A stretch of DNA of 64,000 nucleotides. It comes from a virus. Position 1 is the stretch's first letter; the number at the start of each line of letters is the position of its first letter. The translations under genes and the position numbers were made by a program. The notes beneath the pieces were generated by a model. It had not been told where the DNA came from and made no database searches. It saw nothing but the letters and a program-made list of their open reading frames with translations. Below, in pieces: positions 39,981-50,334 of this stretch. The DNA is taken from positions 1 through 64,000 of IMG/VR virus record IMGVR_UViG_3300031857_011362. The stretch is one strand, 5' to 3'.

Positions 39981-41941
39981 TGGGAGTCAGGCTCAGTAGC
40001 AAGCAGTCAACCGCGAGTGCTAGTGCAGTATCTAGCACGGTGATTACCACTACTACCAGTGTTTCTGCACCTGTCATAAGTCAAATCTATTACACTGACA
40101 GTTCGTACAACAATACTGCATCTACACTAATTTTATCAACTGGTGGATATATTAAAATAATTGGCACAGGCTTTGAAGCTGGATCCGTTGTGTATGTAGG
40201 TGGACAAACTTCAAATGTTATAGAAAAAACTTTTGTTAGTAGCACAGAAATTCGTATTCAAGTTGGTGCATTAATTTCTGCTACATATTCACTCATGGTG
40301 TTTAATACTAACAATACCGGCGCAATATATGCAAACGGTGTTGTGTCATCTTCTGTACCAAATTGGACAATTCCAGCTGGCAGTATAGCGACTGTTTATG
40401 AAACAATAGCTGTCAACAATTTGGTTACTGCTCCTAGTGATAGCGCAGTAACTTATTCTATAACCGGTGGCGCACTCCCGCCTGGTGTACTGTTAAATTC
40501 AGTTACCGGCAGTTTGAGTGGAACTGCTCCAACAGTAGCAAATCAAACTATATATAATTTCACAGTTACTGCTATTGATGCCGAATTACAGACAACAAGC
40601 AGAGAATACAGTTACACAATTAACCCAGACGTAGTTACTTGGAACTCCCCCGCAGCAGGTGCAACATTAACCGCTCAAATAGGAACTGCATATACCCAAG
40701 CATTGAGCGCAACTAGTGCCGCAGGAAAGACGATTTCTTATTCCGCAAATGCATTGCCCGCTGGGTTAAGTATCAGTGGTTCAAGTATTACCGGAACGCC
40801 AAGTGCGACGTCTTCTATTTCATCATTAATAACTGCAACGGCTGCAACCACAAATAGAACTGCAACTAGGACATTTAATTGGAATATTCCTCTTTTACCT
40901 ACTTATACCATAACACCGGCAGCATCAAGTGTTAATGAGGGTTCAGCATTAACATTTAATGTTGGTGGAACAAATATTACCAATGGAACATATTACTGGT
41001 CAATTAATAATTCTACTACTGCAGCCGGTGATTTTTCAGCCAGTACTGGTTCATTTACAATAACCTCTAATGCCGGTTCATTTACAGTAACTGCGGTTGC
41101 CGATGTAACAACAGAAGGTGCTCAAACATTTACGGTGTCATTGAGAACTGGTAGTACCAGTGGTACCATAGTTGCCACAAGTAGTACTGTGACAATTAAT
41201 GATACAAGCAGAGCGTCAGGTCAAGAATCCTTCACAACCGCTGGCACTTACACTTGGGTTGCGCCAGTCGGAATCACTAGTGTATGTGTAGTTGCTGTTG
41301 GAGGCGGTGGCGCAAGTGGCGGATGGAACGGCGGCTCCGGCGGCGGCCTTGGATGGAAAAATAACATAGCAGTAACACCAGGAGCAAGTTATACAGTCAG
41401 AGTCGGTGCAGGCGGTACGAAAGTTAACGGGGCGGTCGCTGGCAGTGCCGGCGGTGACAGTTATTTCATCAATACGACCACTGTCAAAGGTGGTGGCGGC
41501 GCAGGTGGAGCACAGGGCTTTGATGCACCGGCTGCAGCAGGTGGAACATACACTGGCGACGGCGGTGGTAACGGCGGCGCGAGTGGAATATACAACCTAT
41601 CCCCAAGCCAATATGGTGGCGGGGGTGGTGCAGGGGGCTACGCAGGCGCCGGTGGCCGGGGCAACAACGCCACGAATCCGCCAACGGCCGGCAGTGGTGG
41701 CGGTGGCGGTGGCGGTAATAGCGCACCCGGCGGTGGCGTAGGACTGAATGGACAAGGTACCAATGGCGCCGCTGGCACTGGCGGCGTCGGTGGTGGTGGC
41801 TCGGGCGGCACTACTGCCGGTTATGGTGCTGGCTCAAGTCATGCCGGCGGCACACTGCCAGTCACTGCTTCCAGTGGTGCAGTTCGTATTATCTGGGGAC
41901 CGGGTCGAGCATTCCCATCTACACTCACTACAGATCAATAA
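39980..41941 (+). CDS. IPT/Ig/Calx-beta-like stalk plus glycine-rich tip domain
   Basis: Stalk nearly identical to that of 25260; C-terminal FTTAGTYTWVAP..VVAVGGGG Gly-rich domain. Confidence 0.8.
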   Translation: MGVRLSSKQSTASASAVSSTVITTTTSVSAPVISQIYYTDSSYNNTASTLILSTGGYIKIIGTGFEAGSVVYVGGQTSNVIEKTFVSSTEIRIQVGALISATYSLMVFNTNNTGAIYANGVVSSSVPNWTIPAGSIATVYETIAVNNLVTAPSDSAVTYSITGGALPPGVLLNSVTGSLSGTAPTVANQTIYNFTVTAIDAELQTTSREYSYTINPDVVTWNSPAAGATLTAQIGTAYTQALSATSAAGKTISYSANALPAGLSISGSSITGTPSATSSISSLITATAATTNRTATRTFNWNIPLLPTYTITPAASSVNEGSALTFNVGGTNITNGTYYWSINNSTTAAGDFSASTGSFTITSNAGSFTVTAVADVTTEGAQTFTVSLRTGSTSGTIVATSSTVTINDTSRASGQESFTTAGTYTWVAPVGITSVCVVAVGGGGASGGWNGGSGGGLGWKNNIAVTPGASYTVRVGAGGTKVNGAVAGSAGGDSYFINTTTVKGGGGAGGAQGFDAPAAAGGTYTGDGGGNGGASGIYNLSPSQYGGGGGAGGYAGAGGRGNNATNPPTAGSGGGGGGGNSAPGGGVGLNGQGTNGAAGTGGVGGGGSGGTTAGYGAGSSHAGGTLPVTASSGAVRIIWGPGRAFPSTLTTDQ

Positions 41942-41954
41942 AAAGGAAAACAAA

Positions 41955-42215
41955 ATGCAAGAAAATCTTTATATTGAAATTGAAAACGGTGTAACAAAAA
42001 ACCATCCTGCGTATGAAAGTAATTTAATTCAAGCGTTTGGTTCAGTACCATCTAATTGGATGCCGTTTATCCGTGTTGAGCGCCCTAAACCTAGTAGTTA
42101 CCAAATTGTTTTAGATGATACACCTGTTTATACGATAGTAGATGGTGTTTGCATGGATGTTTGGTCAGTACGAGAAATGACCGAAGAAGAAAAAATAGAA
42201 TATGATAGTCAATAG
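41955..42215 (+). CDS. Small tail-fibre-associated/assembly-like protein
   Basis: AAGGA SD and ATG at 41955; the ORF-track extension from 41748 is a shadow of the Gly-rich gene. Function is inferred from position only. Confidence 0.55.
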   Translation: MQENLYIEIENGVTKNHPAYESNLIQAFGSVPSNWMPFIRVERPKPSSYQIVLDDTPVYTIVDGVCMDVWSVREMTEEEKIEYDSQ

Positions 42216-42276
42216 AAAAAACTAGAAGAACTCTTGGCCATAAACACATAAACACATTTATTACAAAGGAAACAAA

Positions 42277-42534
42277 ATGATAGACTTAGAAAACATGCCT
42301 GCTCCAACAGCAGAACAAATTGCACAAGCCAGAGAAAACGCAATAAATGCTGAACGACCTGCAGCCGCAGGTTATGGCACAGATAAAGCTATATTTGGTT
42401 ATGGATTTAATAGTAGTTCACAAAGGGTATCAATGACAAATCTAGTATCAAACACTGGTATTGTAGCTACTGATACTGCAGGTGTTGGTACTGCTAGATT
42501 TTTATTAGCAGCCGCAGGGTATTCATTAAGTTAA
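42277..42534 (+). CDS. 85-aa protein with about 1.2 KAIFGYG/LAAAGY units (possible collapsed or chimeric gene)
   Basis: AAGGA SD; shares the unit with 27633. Confidence 0.55.
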   Translation: MIDLENMPAPTAEQIAQARENAINAERPAAAGYGTDKAIFGYGFNSSSQRVSMTNLVSNTGIVATDTAGVGTARFLLAAAGYSLS

Positions 42535-42545
42535 AAGAGTAAAAA

Positions 42546-44285
42546 ATGGCGTATAAGACTACCAGCAAGAAATCAGTAGCAAACATTGGTGTTAAGGCTA
42601 GCAGTAATATAACTACAACTCCGCCTCCGGTGATCAGTCAAGTTTACTATACCGACAGTGCATACAATGTAATTCCAGCAATCACACCCGTTAGCTATCT
42701 CAAGTTAGTTGGCACTGGATTTCAGTACGGTGCCACCGTATATCTAAACGGATTAACAACCACAGTGTTGTCCACTACTGTGGTCAACAGCACAGAAATC
42801 AGAGTTCGCATCGCCGCACTCAGTGCAGGCACCTATTCACTCATGCTGTTTAATCCCAACAACACTGGCGGAATATATGCAACGGGTGTGACATTTTTAA
42901 CATCTACTTATACCATAACACCTGCAGCATCAAGTGTCAATGAAGGTAGTTCTTTAACATTTAATGTTGGTGGAACAAATATTATCAATGGAACATATTA
43001 CTGGTCGATTAATAATATCTCAACTGCGGCAGCTGATTTTTCTGGCTCAGTAACTTCTGGTTCATTTACAATAACTTCTAATGCCGGATCATTTACAGTA
43101 ACACCAACGGCTGATATAACAACCGAAGGTGCAGAAACATTTACGGTGTCATTGAGAACTGGTAGTGTTAGTGGTACCATAGTTGCAACAAGTAGTACTG
43201 TAACGATTAATGATACTAGTGTTCTTGTATATTATCTTTGGTCTTGGGGCCAGAATAACGGCACCCTGGGGTTAGGCAATAATACATCTTATTCTAGTCC
43301 AAAACAAGTGGGTGCATTAACTACTTGGTTAAATATTTCTGCAGGTAAATATCACTCCCTGGCCATTAAAACTGATGGTACGATGTGGTCATGGGGTGCT
43401 GGCGCAAACGGCAGAACAGGTTTAAGTAATACTACATTTTATTCTAGTCCAGTACAAATTGGTGCATTAACCACATGGTCAAGTATTTCTGCAAAAAATG
43501 CTGATCACTCCCTGGCCACCAAAACTGATGGTACGATGTGGTCATGGGGATTTAATGGCAACGGCCGACTTGGTTTAGGAGATACTACAGATAGATCCAG
43601 CCCAGTACAAATTGGTGCATTAACTACTTGGTCAAAGACTACTGTAAGTGAATACCACTGCCTGGCCATTAAAACTGATGGTACGATGTGGTCATGGGGT
43701 TCTGGCCAGAACGGCAAACTGGGTTTAAATAGTAGCGGAGAACAATATGTTCCAGCACAGATTGGTGCATTAACTACTTGGTCAAGTATTTCTGCAAGTA
43801 TTTATCACGGCATGGCCATTAAAACAAATGGTACTCTGTGGGTATGGGGTGGCAACCAGGTGGGCGTACTTGGTTTAGGAGATACTATATCTAGATCCAG
43901 TCCAGTACAAATTGGTGCATTAACTACTTGGTCAAAAATTAGTACAGGTCAGACTCACAACATGGCCATTAAAACAGATGGTACTCTGTGGGTATGGGGT
44001 GAAAATTCATATGGGCGGTTAGGTTTAGGAGATACCACAAATAGATCCAGTCCAGTACAAATTGGCGCATTAACTACTTGGTTAAATATTTCTGCCGGTA
44101 AGTATTACAGTTCGGCAATCAAAACAGATGGTACCATGTGGGCTTGGGGAAGAAATATATTCGGTGAGCTAGGACAAGGTGACACTATCAATCGGTCCAG
44201 CCCAGTGCAAGTTGGCGCATTAACTACTTGGTTAAATATTTCTGGAGGTGGTAGACACACCCTGGCTATTGGAGGCCTCCGATAA
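42546..44285 (+). CDS. IPT/Calx-beta-like plus 7-blade RCC1 protein
   Basis: Seven WxWG repeats. Confidence 0.85.
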   Translation: MAYKTTSKKSVANIGVKASSNITTTPPPVISQVYYTDSAYNVIPAITPVSYLKLVGTGFQYGATVYLNGLTTTVLSTTVVNSTEIRVRIAALSAGTYSLMLFNPNNTGGIYATGVTFLTSTYTITPAASSVNEGSSLTFNVGGTNIINGTYYWSINNISTAAADFSGSVTSGSFTITSNAGSFTVTPTADITTEGAETFTVSLRTGSVSGTIVATSSTVTINDTSVLVYYLWSWGQNNGTLGLGNNTSYSSPKQVGALTTWLNISAGKYHSLAIKTDGTMWSWGAGANGRTGLSNTTFYSSPVQIGALTTWSSISAKNADHSLATKTDGTMWSWGFNGNGRLGLGDTTDRSSPVQIGALTTWSKTTVSEYHCLAIKTDGTMWSWGSGQNGKLGLNSSGEQYVPAQIGALTTWSSISASIYHGMAIKTNGTLWVWGGNQVGVLGLGDTISRSSPVQIGALTTWSKISTGQTHNMAIKTDGTLWVWGENSYGRLGLGDTTNRSSPVQIGALTTWLNISAGKYYSSAIKTDGTMWAWGRNIFGELGQGDTINRSSPVQVGALTTWLNISGGGRHTLAIGGLR

Positions 44286-44323
44286 TTTTGGTCCGAAATT
44301 ATCGGTTAAAAGTAAATTTAAAT

Positions 44324-44465
44324 ATGACAATACTACAATTACCTATATATATTAGTTTTAATACCAACATTAGCTTTTGCTGATCCACAAATTCTTACTT
44401 TTGATGGTTACTGTGATAAAACTGAAAACATTTTTAAAGCATTAAGAGAAAGATTTAATGTATAG
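44324..44465 (+). pseudogene. Frameshifted remnant of a signal-peptide protein
   Basis: One reading frame gives YYNYLYILVLIPTLAFA-DPQILTFDGYCDK..., but the ATG at 44324 is out of frame by 1 nt. Confidence 0.45.
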
Positions 44466-44523
44466 TGGCGGATGGGTACTTTCATACGATTGCAATCTCT
44501 AGCTAACTAAACAATCAACTCAG

Positions 44524-44531
44524 CATAAATA
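44524..44531 (+). promoter_or_regulatory. Late promoter-like CATAAATA
   Basis: Intergenic, upstream of 44550. Confidence 0.5.
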
Positions 44532-44549
44532 CAATAAGAGAACACAAAT

Positions 44550-44933
44550 ATGGCATTAACACAAATACTCAGCTCCAGCGTATCAAACATAGCATCCATT
44601 ATCTTGAACGACATTTCTAGTCAGTTTGACGGGGCGAAATCTGTGTTTCCATTGATGTTAGATCAAACAAGCATAAATACTATTATTGATAGTAAAGATT
44701 TAGAAGTAGTGGTCAATGGACAAAGGTTAGCTCCGTACGTGACTACTTATACGTATCCATGGTTAACACCATATGATTCATTCAAAGGATTCAAAGTTAG
44801 TGGTAGCAATCTTATAATTTACAATGCGCCTTATATTGGCGACACTGCATTTTTAAAGTTGACACCCGTGTCTGCAACTAAGCAGACGAGAAGGTACCCG
44901 TTTTCAGCAACAACAATTGTATTAGGAGATTAA
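44550..44933 (+). CDS. Putative virion structural protein
   Basis: 127 aa; ISSQFDG..SVFPL start resembles the FTGNG module; structural gene context. Confidence 0.6.
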   Translation: MALTQILSSSVSNIASIILNDISSQFDGAKSVFPLMLDQTSINTIIDSKDLEVVVNGQRLAPYVTTYTYPWLTPYDSFKGFKVSGSNLIIYNAPYIGDTAFLKLTPVSATKQTRRYPFSATTIVLGD

Positions 44934-44937
44934 TTAA

Positions 44938-47832
44938 ATGGCAAAACACGTAATATTAGAGAGTTATACATTCACACCGTCAACTCGCACACTGGTAGTA
45001 AATGGTAAAAACATTCGCAGAGAGCAATTACTGCTAATTACTAATACCAACACCGGTACAGTAATATATAATTTCTCTGATCCGTCGTTACTTGCAACTG
45101 CTTACACTAATGCAGTGGACAGCGTAACGGGACTAGAAACAACTACACTGATATTGGCATACAATACCACTGCAATGCAGTCCTCAGATAAGATTTCAAT
45201 CGTAACAGAAGAAACTTATCAGGAAATCATTCCTTCGGAAGTGATGCGAGATCCAGTTGATAAACTTCGTGTGAGTACGCCACAATCATTGATTGATACT
45301 GACTTTGAATATGGTACACAGCCTACAAAATGGGACAATCTTAACTTATTACACAATCGCCCAATTGCATCATATGACCCAACACAAGGTATTAGTAATA
45401 CTTCAAGAAGCGATTTAACATTTGTTGGTTCTAATACTAGTGCTTATCAAATTACCAACGTTACATCAAGTGCAAAAGTAGTCACGGTTGCTATTAATAA
45501 CACTACTGGTATTACGGTTGGTTTACCAATCTATATTACAGGAACAGCAGATAACGCTAACGTAGATGGATGGTGGATAGTTGAAACAATTAGCGCCAAC
45601 ACTAATTTTACGTTCACTGTAACTAACACCCCAGTTACAACAGCATTATATGATGCTTTTAAAACTTATGTGTTTATTGGTGCTCGGTATACTGGGTCGG
45701 CAATTCCTCTTACAAGTATTGTAATGAATGGAACTGTAGGTACTGTCACTACATCTGTAGAACACGGGATGCGTGTGGGTGATGGTTTCAATATTGTTGG
45801 TACAACAGGTACAAGCGGTGCAGCTACAGCAGCCGGTACTATTAACTCAAGTTGGGTAGTAGCAACAACTCCCACTAATAGTACGTTTACGTTTGCGGCG
45901 GTATCAAATGCTGTTACTGCTACATTAAGCGCAGGAGTAGGTGCAACATTATTTCCAAGAGCACTGGGTTTCATACAACATAGACCATTTGACGGTGGAG
46001 TACAGTTTAGCAACGAAGTACCATATCACGGTTATCAATTAATTCGACAAACACGCCGCCAATTTCGCTATCAATCTGGTAAGGGTATACAGTTTTCAAC
46101 CGGTAGTATGATGAAACCATTAATTGTAACTGAAAATATTACATCAAGTGGTACTACGGTTACAGTCACTACAAAATATGCTCACGGCTTATTGCCGGGT
46201 GCATATGTGCGTGTTACAGGTTGCATTGAAACAGCTTACAATGGTACATTTGTTGTTGCAACCACAGCATCCGCAACAACTTTTACATATACTGCATTGT
46301 CTACTCCAACAGCATCACCGGCTACAGGTAACAATATAAATGTGAATCCGTGGACATGGTACGGTAGCAGTAACCGTCTCGGTATGTTTGATAGTCAAAA
46401 CGGATTCTTCTTTGAATTTGATGGGCAAACACTCTATGCTGTTAAACGCAGTAGTACCACACAACTATCAGGAGTAGCCTCAGTTACCAACGCTAGTCAA
46501 AGTATTACTGGTACAGGCACTAAATTTGGTAGTCAATTAAAACCAGGAGACTCCATTGTTATTCGAGGTATGACATATTTTGTAAACAATATTCAAAGTG
46601 ATACAGCAATGACTATCTCTCCAGAGTACAGGGGTGTTACCAACAGTTTAATTACAATAAGTAAAACTGTTGATACTCGTTTCCCACAGAGTTCTTGGAA
46701 CATTGACCGTTGTGACGGAACTGGTGCAAGTTTATTCAACATAGATTTGACTAAAATGCAAATGTTTTATATTGACTATACATGGTACGGTGCCGGTGCA
46801 ATACGATTTGGTTTTAAGAATAGTCGTGGTGAAGTGATCTACTGTCATAGAATTCCTAACAACAACTTAAATCCCGAAGCATACATGCGTTCTGGTAATT
46901 TAGTTGCTCGTTATGAAACTAATACAATACCGTACAGAACACATTTAACTGCTACACTAGCAAGTGCAGCCACTACCGGAGCTACAATTTCTGTAGCAGA
47001 TACAACAGATTGGCCATCTAGTGGTACTGTTGTGTTAAAACAGGCAGCGGCAACCGGTGCTGTGATTGAGTATATAACATACAGTGCCAAAACATTAACT
47101 TCATTGACTATTGCTGCCCGAGGACAAACAGGTGGCTCTAGTGCTACATTATTTACATTCTCTGCAACTGCTCCTATTTTAGCAGAACTATACAGTCCGC
47201 AGACTGCAAGTACAATCAGCCATTGGGGTAGTTCTGTCATTATGGACGGACGTTTTGATGACGATAAGTCATTGGTGTTTGTTGCGGGAATGCGCCGCAC
47301 ACAAACTATCACCAACGTAGGACAAGACGTTACTGTACCATTGATTAGTATTCGTATTGCACCAACTGTTGACAATGGTTTAACAGGTATATTAGGAGCA
47401 AGAGAAGTTATAAACCGTATGCAGTTAACAATGCGTAGTATGGGTTGTCAAACTACTGGTACTAACGCAACATTCTTAATTTCTCTGCGTTTGAATGGTC
47501 GTGTAAGTACAGGAACATTTAATTCAGCCGGCGGATCTAGTCTAGCGCAGGTAGCTTATCATGGTGCTGGTGCAACAATTACTGGTGGTGAAGATATATT
47601 TAGTTTCTATACAAACACCCCAGGTGTAACTGCACAGGACTTATCAACTGTTCGAGACATTGGCAATAGTATTTTAGGTGGCGGAACTAACAACACTTGC
47701 CCAACTACTGCCAGTGCTACTAACTTGTATCCAGATGGTCCTGATATTATTACAATTTGCGCCACAAACATTACTGCATCGAGTACAAACTCTATCAACG
47801 CACGTATTTCTTGGACTGAGGCTCAGGCTTAA
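44938..47832 (+). CDS. Large virion structural protein
   Basis: 964 aa; N-terminal YTFTPSTRT..LLLITN..VIYNFSDP resembles T4-like cyanophage structural proteins as recalled; repeated VTT..HG domains. Confidence 0.7.
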   Translation: MAKHVILESYTFTPSTRTLVVNGKNIRREQLLLITNTNTGTVIYNFSDPSLLATAYTNAVDSVTGLETTTLILAYNTTAMQSSDKISIVTEETYQEIIPSEVMRDPVDKLRVSTPQSLIDTDFEYGTQPTKWDNLNLLHNRPIASYDPTQGISNTSRSDLTFVGSNTSAYQITNVTSSAKVVTVAINNTTGITVGLPIYITGTADNANVDGWWIVETISANTNFTFTVTNTPVTTALYDAFKTYVFIGARYTGSAIPLTSIVMNGTVGTVTTSVEHGMRVGDGFNIVGTTGTSGAATAAGTINSSWVVATTPTNSTFTFAAVSNAVTATLSAGVGATLFPRALGFIQHRPFDGGVQFSNEVPYHGYQLIRQTRRQFRYQSGKGIQFSTGSMMKPLIVTENITSSGTTVTVTTKYAHGLLPGAYVRVTGCIETAYNGTFVVATTASATTFTYTALSTPTASPATGNNINVNPWTWYGSSNRLGMFDSQNGFFFEFDGQTLYAVKRSSTTQLSGVASVTNASQSITGTGTKFGSQLKPGDSIVIRGMTYFVNNIQSDTAMTISPEYRGVTNSLITISKTVDTRFPQSSWNIDRCDGTGASLFNIDLTKMQMFYIDYTWYGAGAIRFGFKNSRGEVIYCHRIPNNNLNPEAYMRSGNLVARYETNTIPYRTHLTATLASAATTGATISVADTTDWPSSGTVVLKQAAATGAVIEYITYSAKTLTSLTIAARGQTGGSSATLFTFSATAPILAELYSPQTASTISHWGSSVIMDGRFDDDKSLVFVAGMRRTQTITNVGQDVTVPLISIRIAPTVDNGLTGILGAREVINRMQLTMRSMGCQTTGTNATFLISLRLNGRVSTGTFNSAGGSSLAQVAYHGAGATITGGEDIFSFYTNTPGVTAQDLSTVRDIGNSILGGGTNNTCPTTASATNLYPDGPDIITICATNITASSTNSINARISWTEAQA

Positions 47833-47847
47833 TCACAGGAATACCCA

Positions 47848-48732
47848 ATGTCAAGTAGAAATAGCTTACAACATACTGTGTCAGCGGTTGAACCCGTTGG
47901 CGCGGCCTTGGGTGACGAATGGTATAACTCCACTACCAACTTACTGTACAAACGTATGGTGGTTGGTGGCGTACCCCAATGGGCCACTATCACTGCTGGC
48001 GCCTCTTCGTCAACTAGTTCTGTAGTTGTTCCTACTAATATCTCAGAAAAAGTCAACAGGACTATTACTAATCAGACTAGCTACACTGTAACCAGCGCTT
48101 TGGCCGCGGCACTGACATTGCCTGTCACACCGGGCTATATGTACATCATACACTCAATTTATGTAACTAATGTTGATACAGCTTACGCTACTACCACTAC
48201 GGTCAGCGGCACTATAGCATATGCAACTCCCGTATCTACTGTGTCTTTTGCTAACAAGATACCAATTCCAGCAAGAGGCGCATTAGAACTACTACGCAAG
48301 CCGCAGTTGTTAAATCCCGGTGATGTAATTAATATACAGTCATTGGCTGCTGGCGTAGGCGCAAATAATTTGCTACAAGTTACTATAACATACGAACAAG
48401 TTCCTGCTGATGCCAACTACTTTGGTGTTGGTGTAAGTACTGCTGCTACAGTAGGCGATGTATATGTTGTGCCTGCAACTAGTGTTGCTGCTGTGATTGA
48501 CAGCATTAGAGTAGTAAATAGTAGTGACGTGGGTGATATTGCAATAACACTAACTTGGACTAATGCAACTAATTCGGTATTAGGAACACTGACTAGTAGT
48601 TTTATCGTACCAGCAAATTCTACTGTAGAATTATGTGAAACTGCCAAGCGTATTCCAACTGGAAATAAGATAAGAGCTGTGGCCACTACTGCATCAGCAA
48701 TAAGTGTTTTTGTATCTGGTAGGACACAGTAA
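47848..48732 (+). CDS. Putative virion structural protein with two internal repeats
   Basis: Two similar domains (IHSIYVTN / IDSIRVVN ... IPARGALEL / VPANSTVEL), loosely like domain A. Confidence 0.6.
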   Translation: MSSRNSLQHTVSAVEPVGAALGDEWYNSTTNLLYKRMVVGGVPQWATITAGASSSTSSVVVPTNISEKVNRTITNQTSYTVTSALAAALTLPVTPGYMYIIHSIYVTNVDTAYATTTTVSGTIAYATPVSTVSFANKIPIPARGALELLRKPQLLNPGDVINIQSLAAGVGANNLLQVTITYEQVPADANYFGVGVSTAATVGDVYVVPATSVAAVIDSIRVVNSSDVGDIAITLTWTNATNSVLGTLTSSFIVPANSTVELCETAKRIPTGNKIRAVATTASAISVFVSGRTQ

Positions 48733-49874
48733 TGCCCGGTGGGATTTTTAGCCTGACTCAGGTTACCGAGCAACAAATAGACGGTACTTGGCCTACTCAA
48801 TGGTATTCCCCTGGATTATATAGTTGGGGTAATAATGGATATGGTCGATTGGGTTTAGGTGATACTACAGCTAGATCTAGTCCTAACCAAACTAGTTCTT
48901 TGACGCCTTGGTCAAGTATTTCTGCAGGTAGATTTCACAACCTAGCAATTAAAACCGATGGTACCATGTGGTCATGGGGGTTAAATCAATATAGTTGGTT
49001 TGGAATTCTTGGTTTAGGTGATACTACAGATAGATCCAGCCCAGTACAAATTGGTGCATTAACTACTTGGTTAAGTATTTCTGCCGGTGCCGGCAGTTAT
49101 CACAACCTGGCCATCAAAACAGATGGTACCATGTGGACATGGGGTAGAAATCATTATGGGCAATTAGGTCAAGGCAATACTACAGATAGATCCAGCCCAG
49201 TACAAATAGGTGCATTAACTACTTGGTCAAAAATTTCTGCCGGCGGTTATCACAGCATGGTCATCAAAACCGATGGTACACTGTGGTCATGGGGTAGGAA
49301 TGGCTCTGGTAATTTGGGTTTAGGTGATACTACAGATAGATCCAGCCCAGTACAAATTGGTGCATTAACTACTTGGTCAAAAATTTCTGCAGGTAGTCAC
49401 AGCACAGCCATCAAAACCGATGGTACACTGTGGTCATGGGGATATAATGGTTGGGGTGGTTTAGGTTTAGGTGATCTAACAAATAGATCCAGTCCAGTAC
49501 AAATAGGTGCATTAACTAATTGGTTAAGTGTTTCTGCCAGCTACAATCAGACGTGCATAGCAATTAAAACAGATGGTACACTATGGTCATGGGGATATAA
49601 TGCTCAAGGGCAATTAGGTTTAGGAAATACTACATCTAGAAATAGTCCAGTACAGATTGGAGCATTAACTACTTGGTTAAATGTTTCTGCCGGTAGCTAT
49701 CTCGGCTTGGCCGTTAAAACCGATGGTACCATGTGGACATGGGGCCAAAATAATAATGGGGAATTAGGTCAAGGCAATACTACAGATAGATCCAGCCCAG
49801 TACAGGTTGGTGCATTAACTACTTGGGAAAAAATTGCTGCAGGATCTAGGCACAGCCTAGCCACCAAGAATTAA
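48732..49874 (+). CDS. 7-blade RCC1 protein with an N-terminal GxWP motif
   Basis: Seven WxWG repeats; TAATG overlap. Confidence 0.88.
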   Translation: MPGGIFSLTQVTEQQIDGTWPTQWYSPGLYSWGNNGYGRLGLGDTTARSSPNQTSSLTPWSSISAGRFHNLAIKTDGTMWSWGLNQYSWFGILGLGDTTDRSSPVQIGALTTWLSISAGAGSYHNLAIKTDGTMWTWGRNHYGQLGQGNTTDRSSPVQIGALTTWSKISAGGYHSMVIKTDGTLWSWGRNGSGNLGLGDTTDRSSPVQIGALTTWSKISAGSHSTAIKTDGTLWSWGYNGWGGLGLGDLTNRSSPVQIGALTNWLSVSASYNQTCIAIKTDGTLWSWGYNAQGQLGLGNTTSRNSPVQIGALTTWLNVSAGSYLGLAVKTDGTMWTWGQNNNGELGQGNTTDRSSPVQVGALTTWEKIAAGSRHSLATKN

Positions 49875-49893
49875 TAATAAAAAGAACAACTAA

Positions 49894-50268
49894 ATGCCAT
49901 TTACTTTTTCAGGCTTAAATTTCGTCGGCGACGTTAGCGCGCAAGCAGTCTTTGCTCCTACTCCAGAATATTACCTTTGGTCATGGGGTCGCAATAGTTA
50001 TGGTAATTTAGGTTTAGGTGATACTACAAATAAATCCAGTCCAGTACAGATTGGTGCATTAACCACATGGTCAAATATTTCTGCAGGTAATGCTAACAGT
50101 GCAGCCATTAAAACAAATGGTACACTGTGGGTCTGGGGAATTGGCAACTTTGGGGGGTTAGGACAAGGTAACACTATTAGCCGCTCTAGTCCTGTACAAA
50201 TTGGCGCATTAACTACTTGGTCAAATATTTCTGCAGCCAACAATCACATCCTTGCCATCTTTAATTAA
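49894..50268 (+). CDS. Two-blade RCC1 protein (collapsed, possibly a pseudogene)
   Basis: Only two WxWG repeats, but a normal HILAI C-terminus is retained. Confidence 0.7.
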   Translation: MPFTFSGLNFVGDVSAQAVFAPTPEYYLWSWGRNSYGNLGLGDTTNKSSPVQIGALTTWSNISAGNANSAAIKTNGTLWVWGIGNFGGLGQGNTISRSSPVQIGALTTWSNISAANNHILAIFN

Positions 50269-50308
50269 TACTTCAATTTATTGATACCCTTGTAAAATAT
50301 TTTCCACC

Positions 50309-50334
50309 ATCAAGCATCACAGTAAATACTTGAT
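50309..50334. promoter_or_regulatory. Dyad ATCAAGCAT-N8-ATACTTGAT overlapping AGTAAATA and the start codon
   Basis: One mismatch between arms; a second, perfect copy is at 55819. Confidence 0.6.

Noticed and set aside
41406-41955. Alternative-frame ORFs over the Gly-rich region (41406-41741, 41484-41726, 5' part of 41748-42215)
   Set aside because: GC-rich Gly codons suppress stops in other frames; the real downstream gene starts at 41955 behind an SD.
42213-42251. TAG stop followed by plausible in-frame residues (KKLEELLAINT), suggesting amber recoding
   Set aside because: All long genes are open under the standard code with no internal TAG, and TAG ends the 58812 gene at a natural position. 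At most a local nonsense change.
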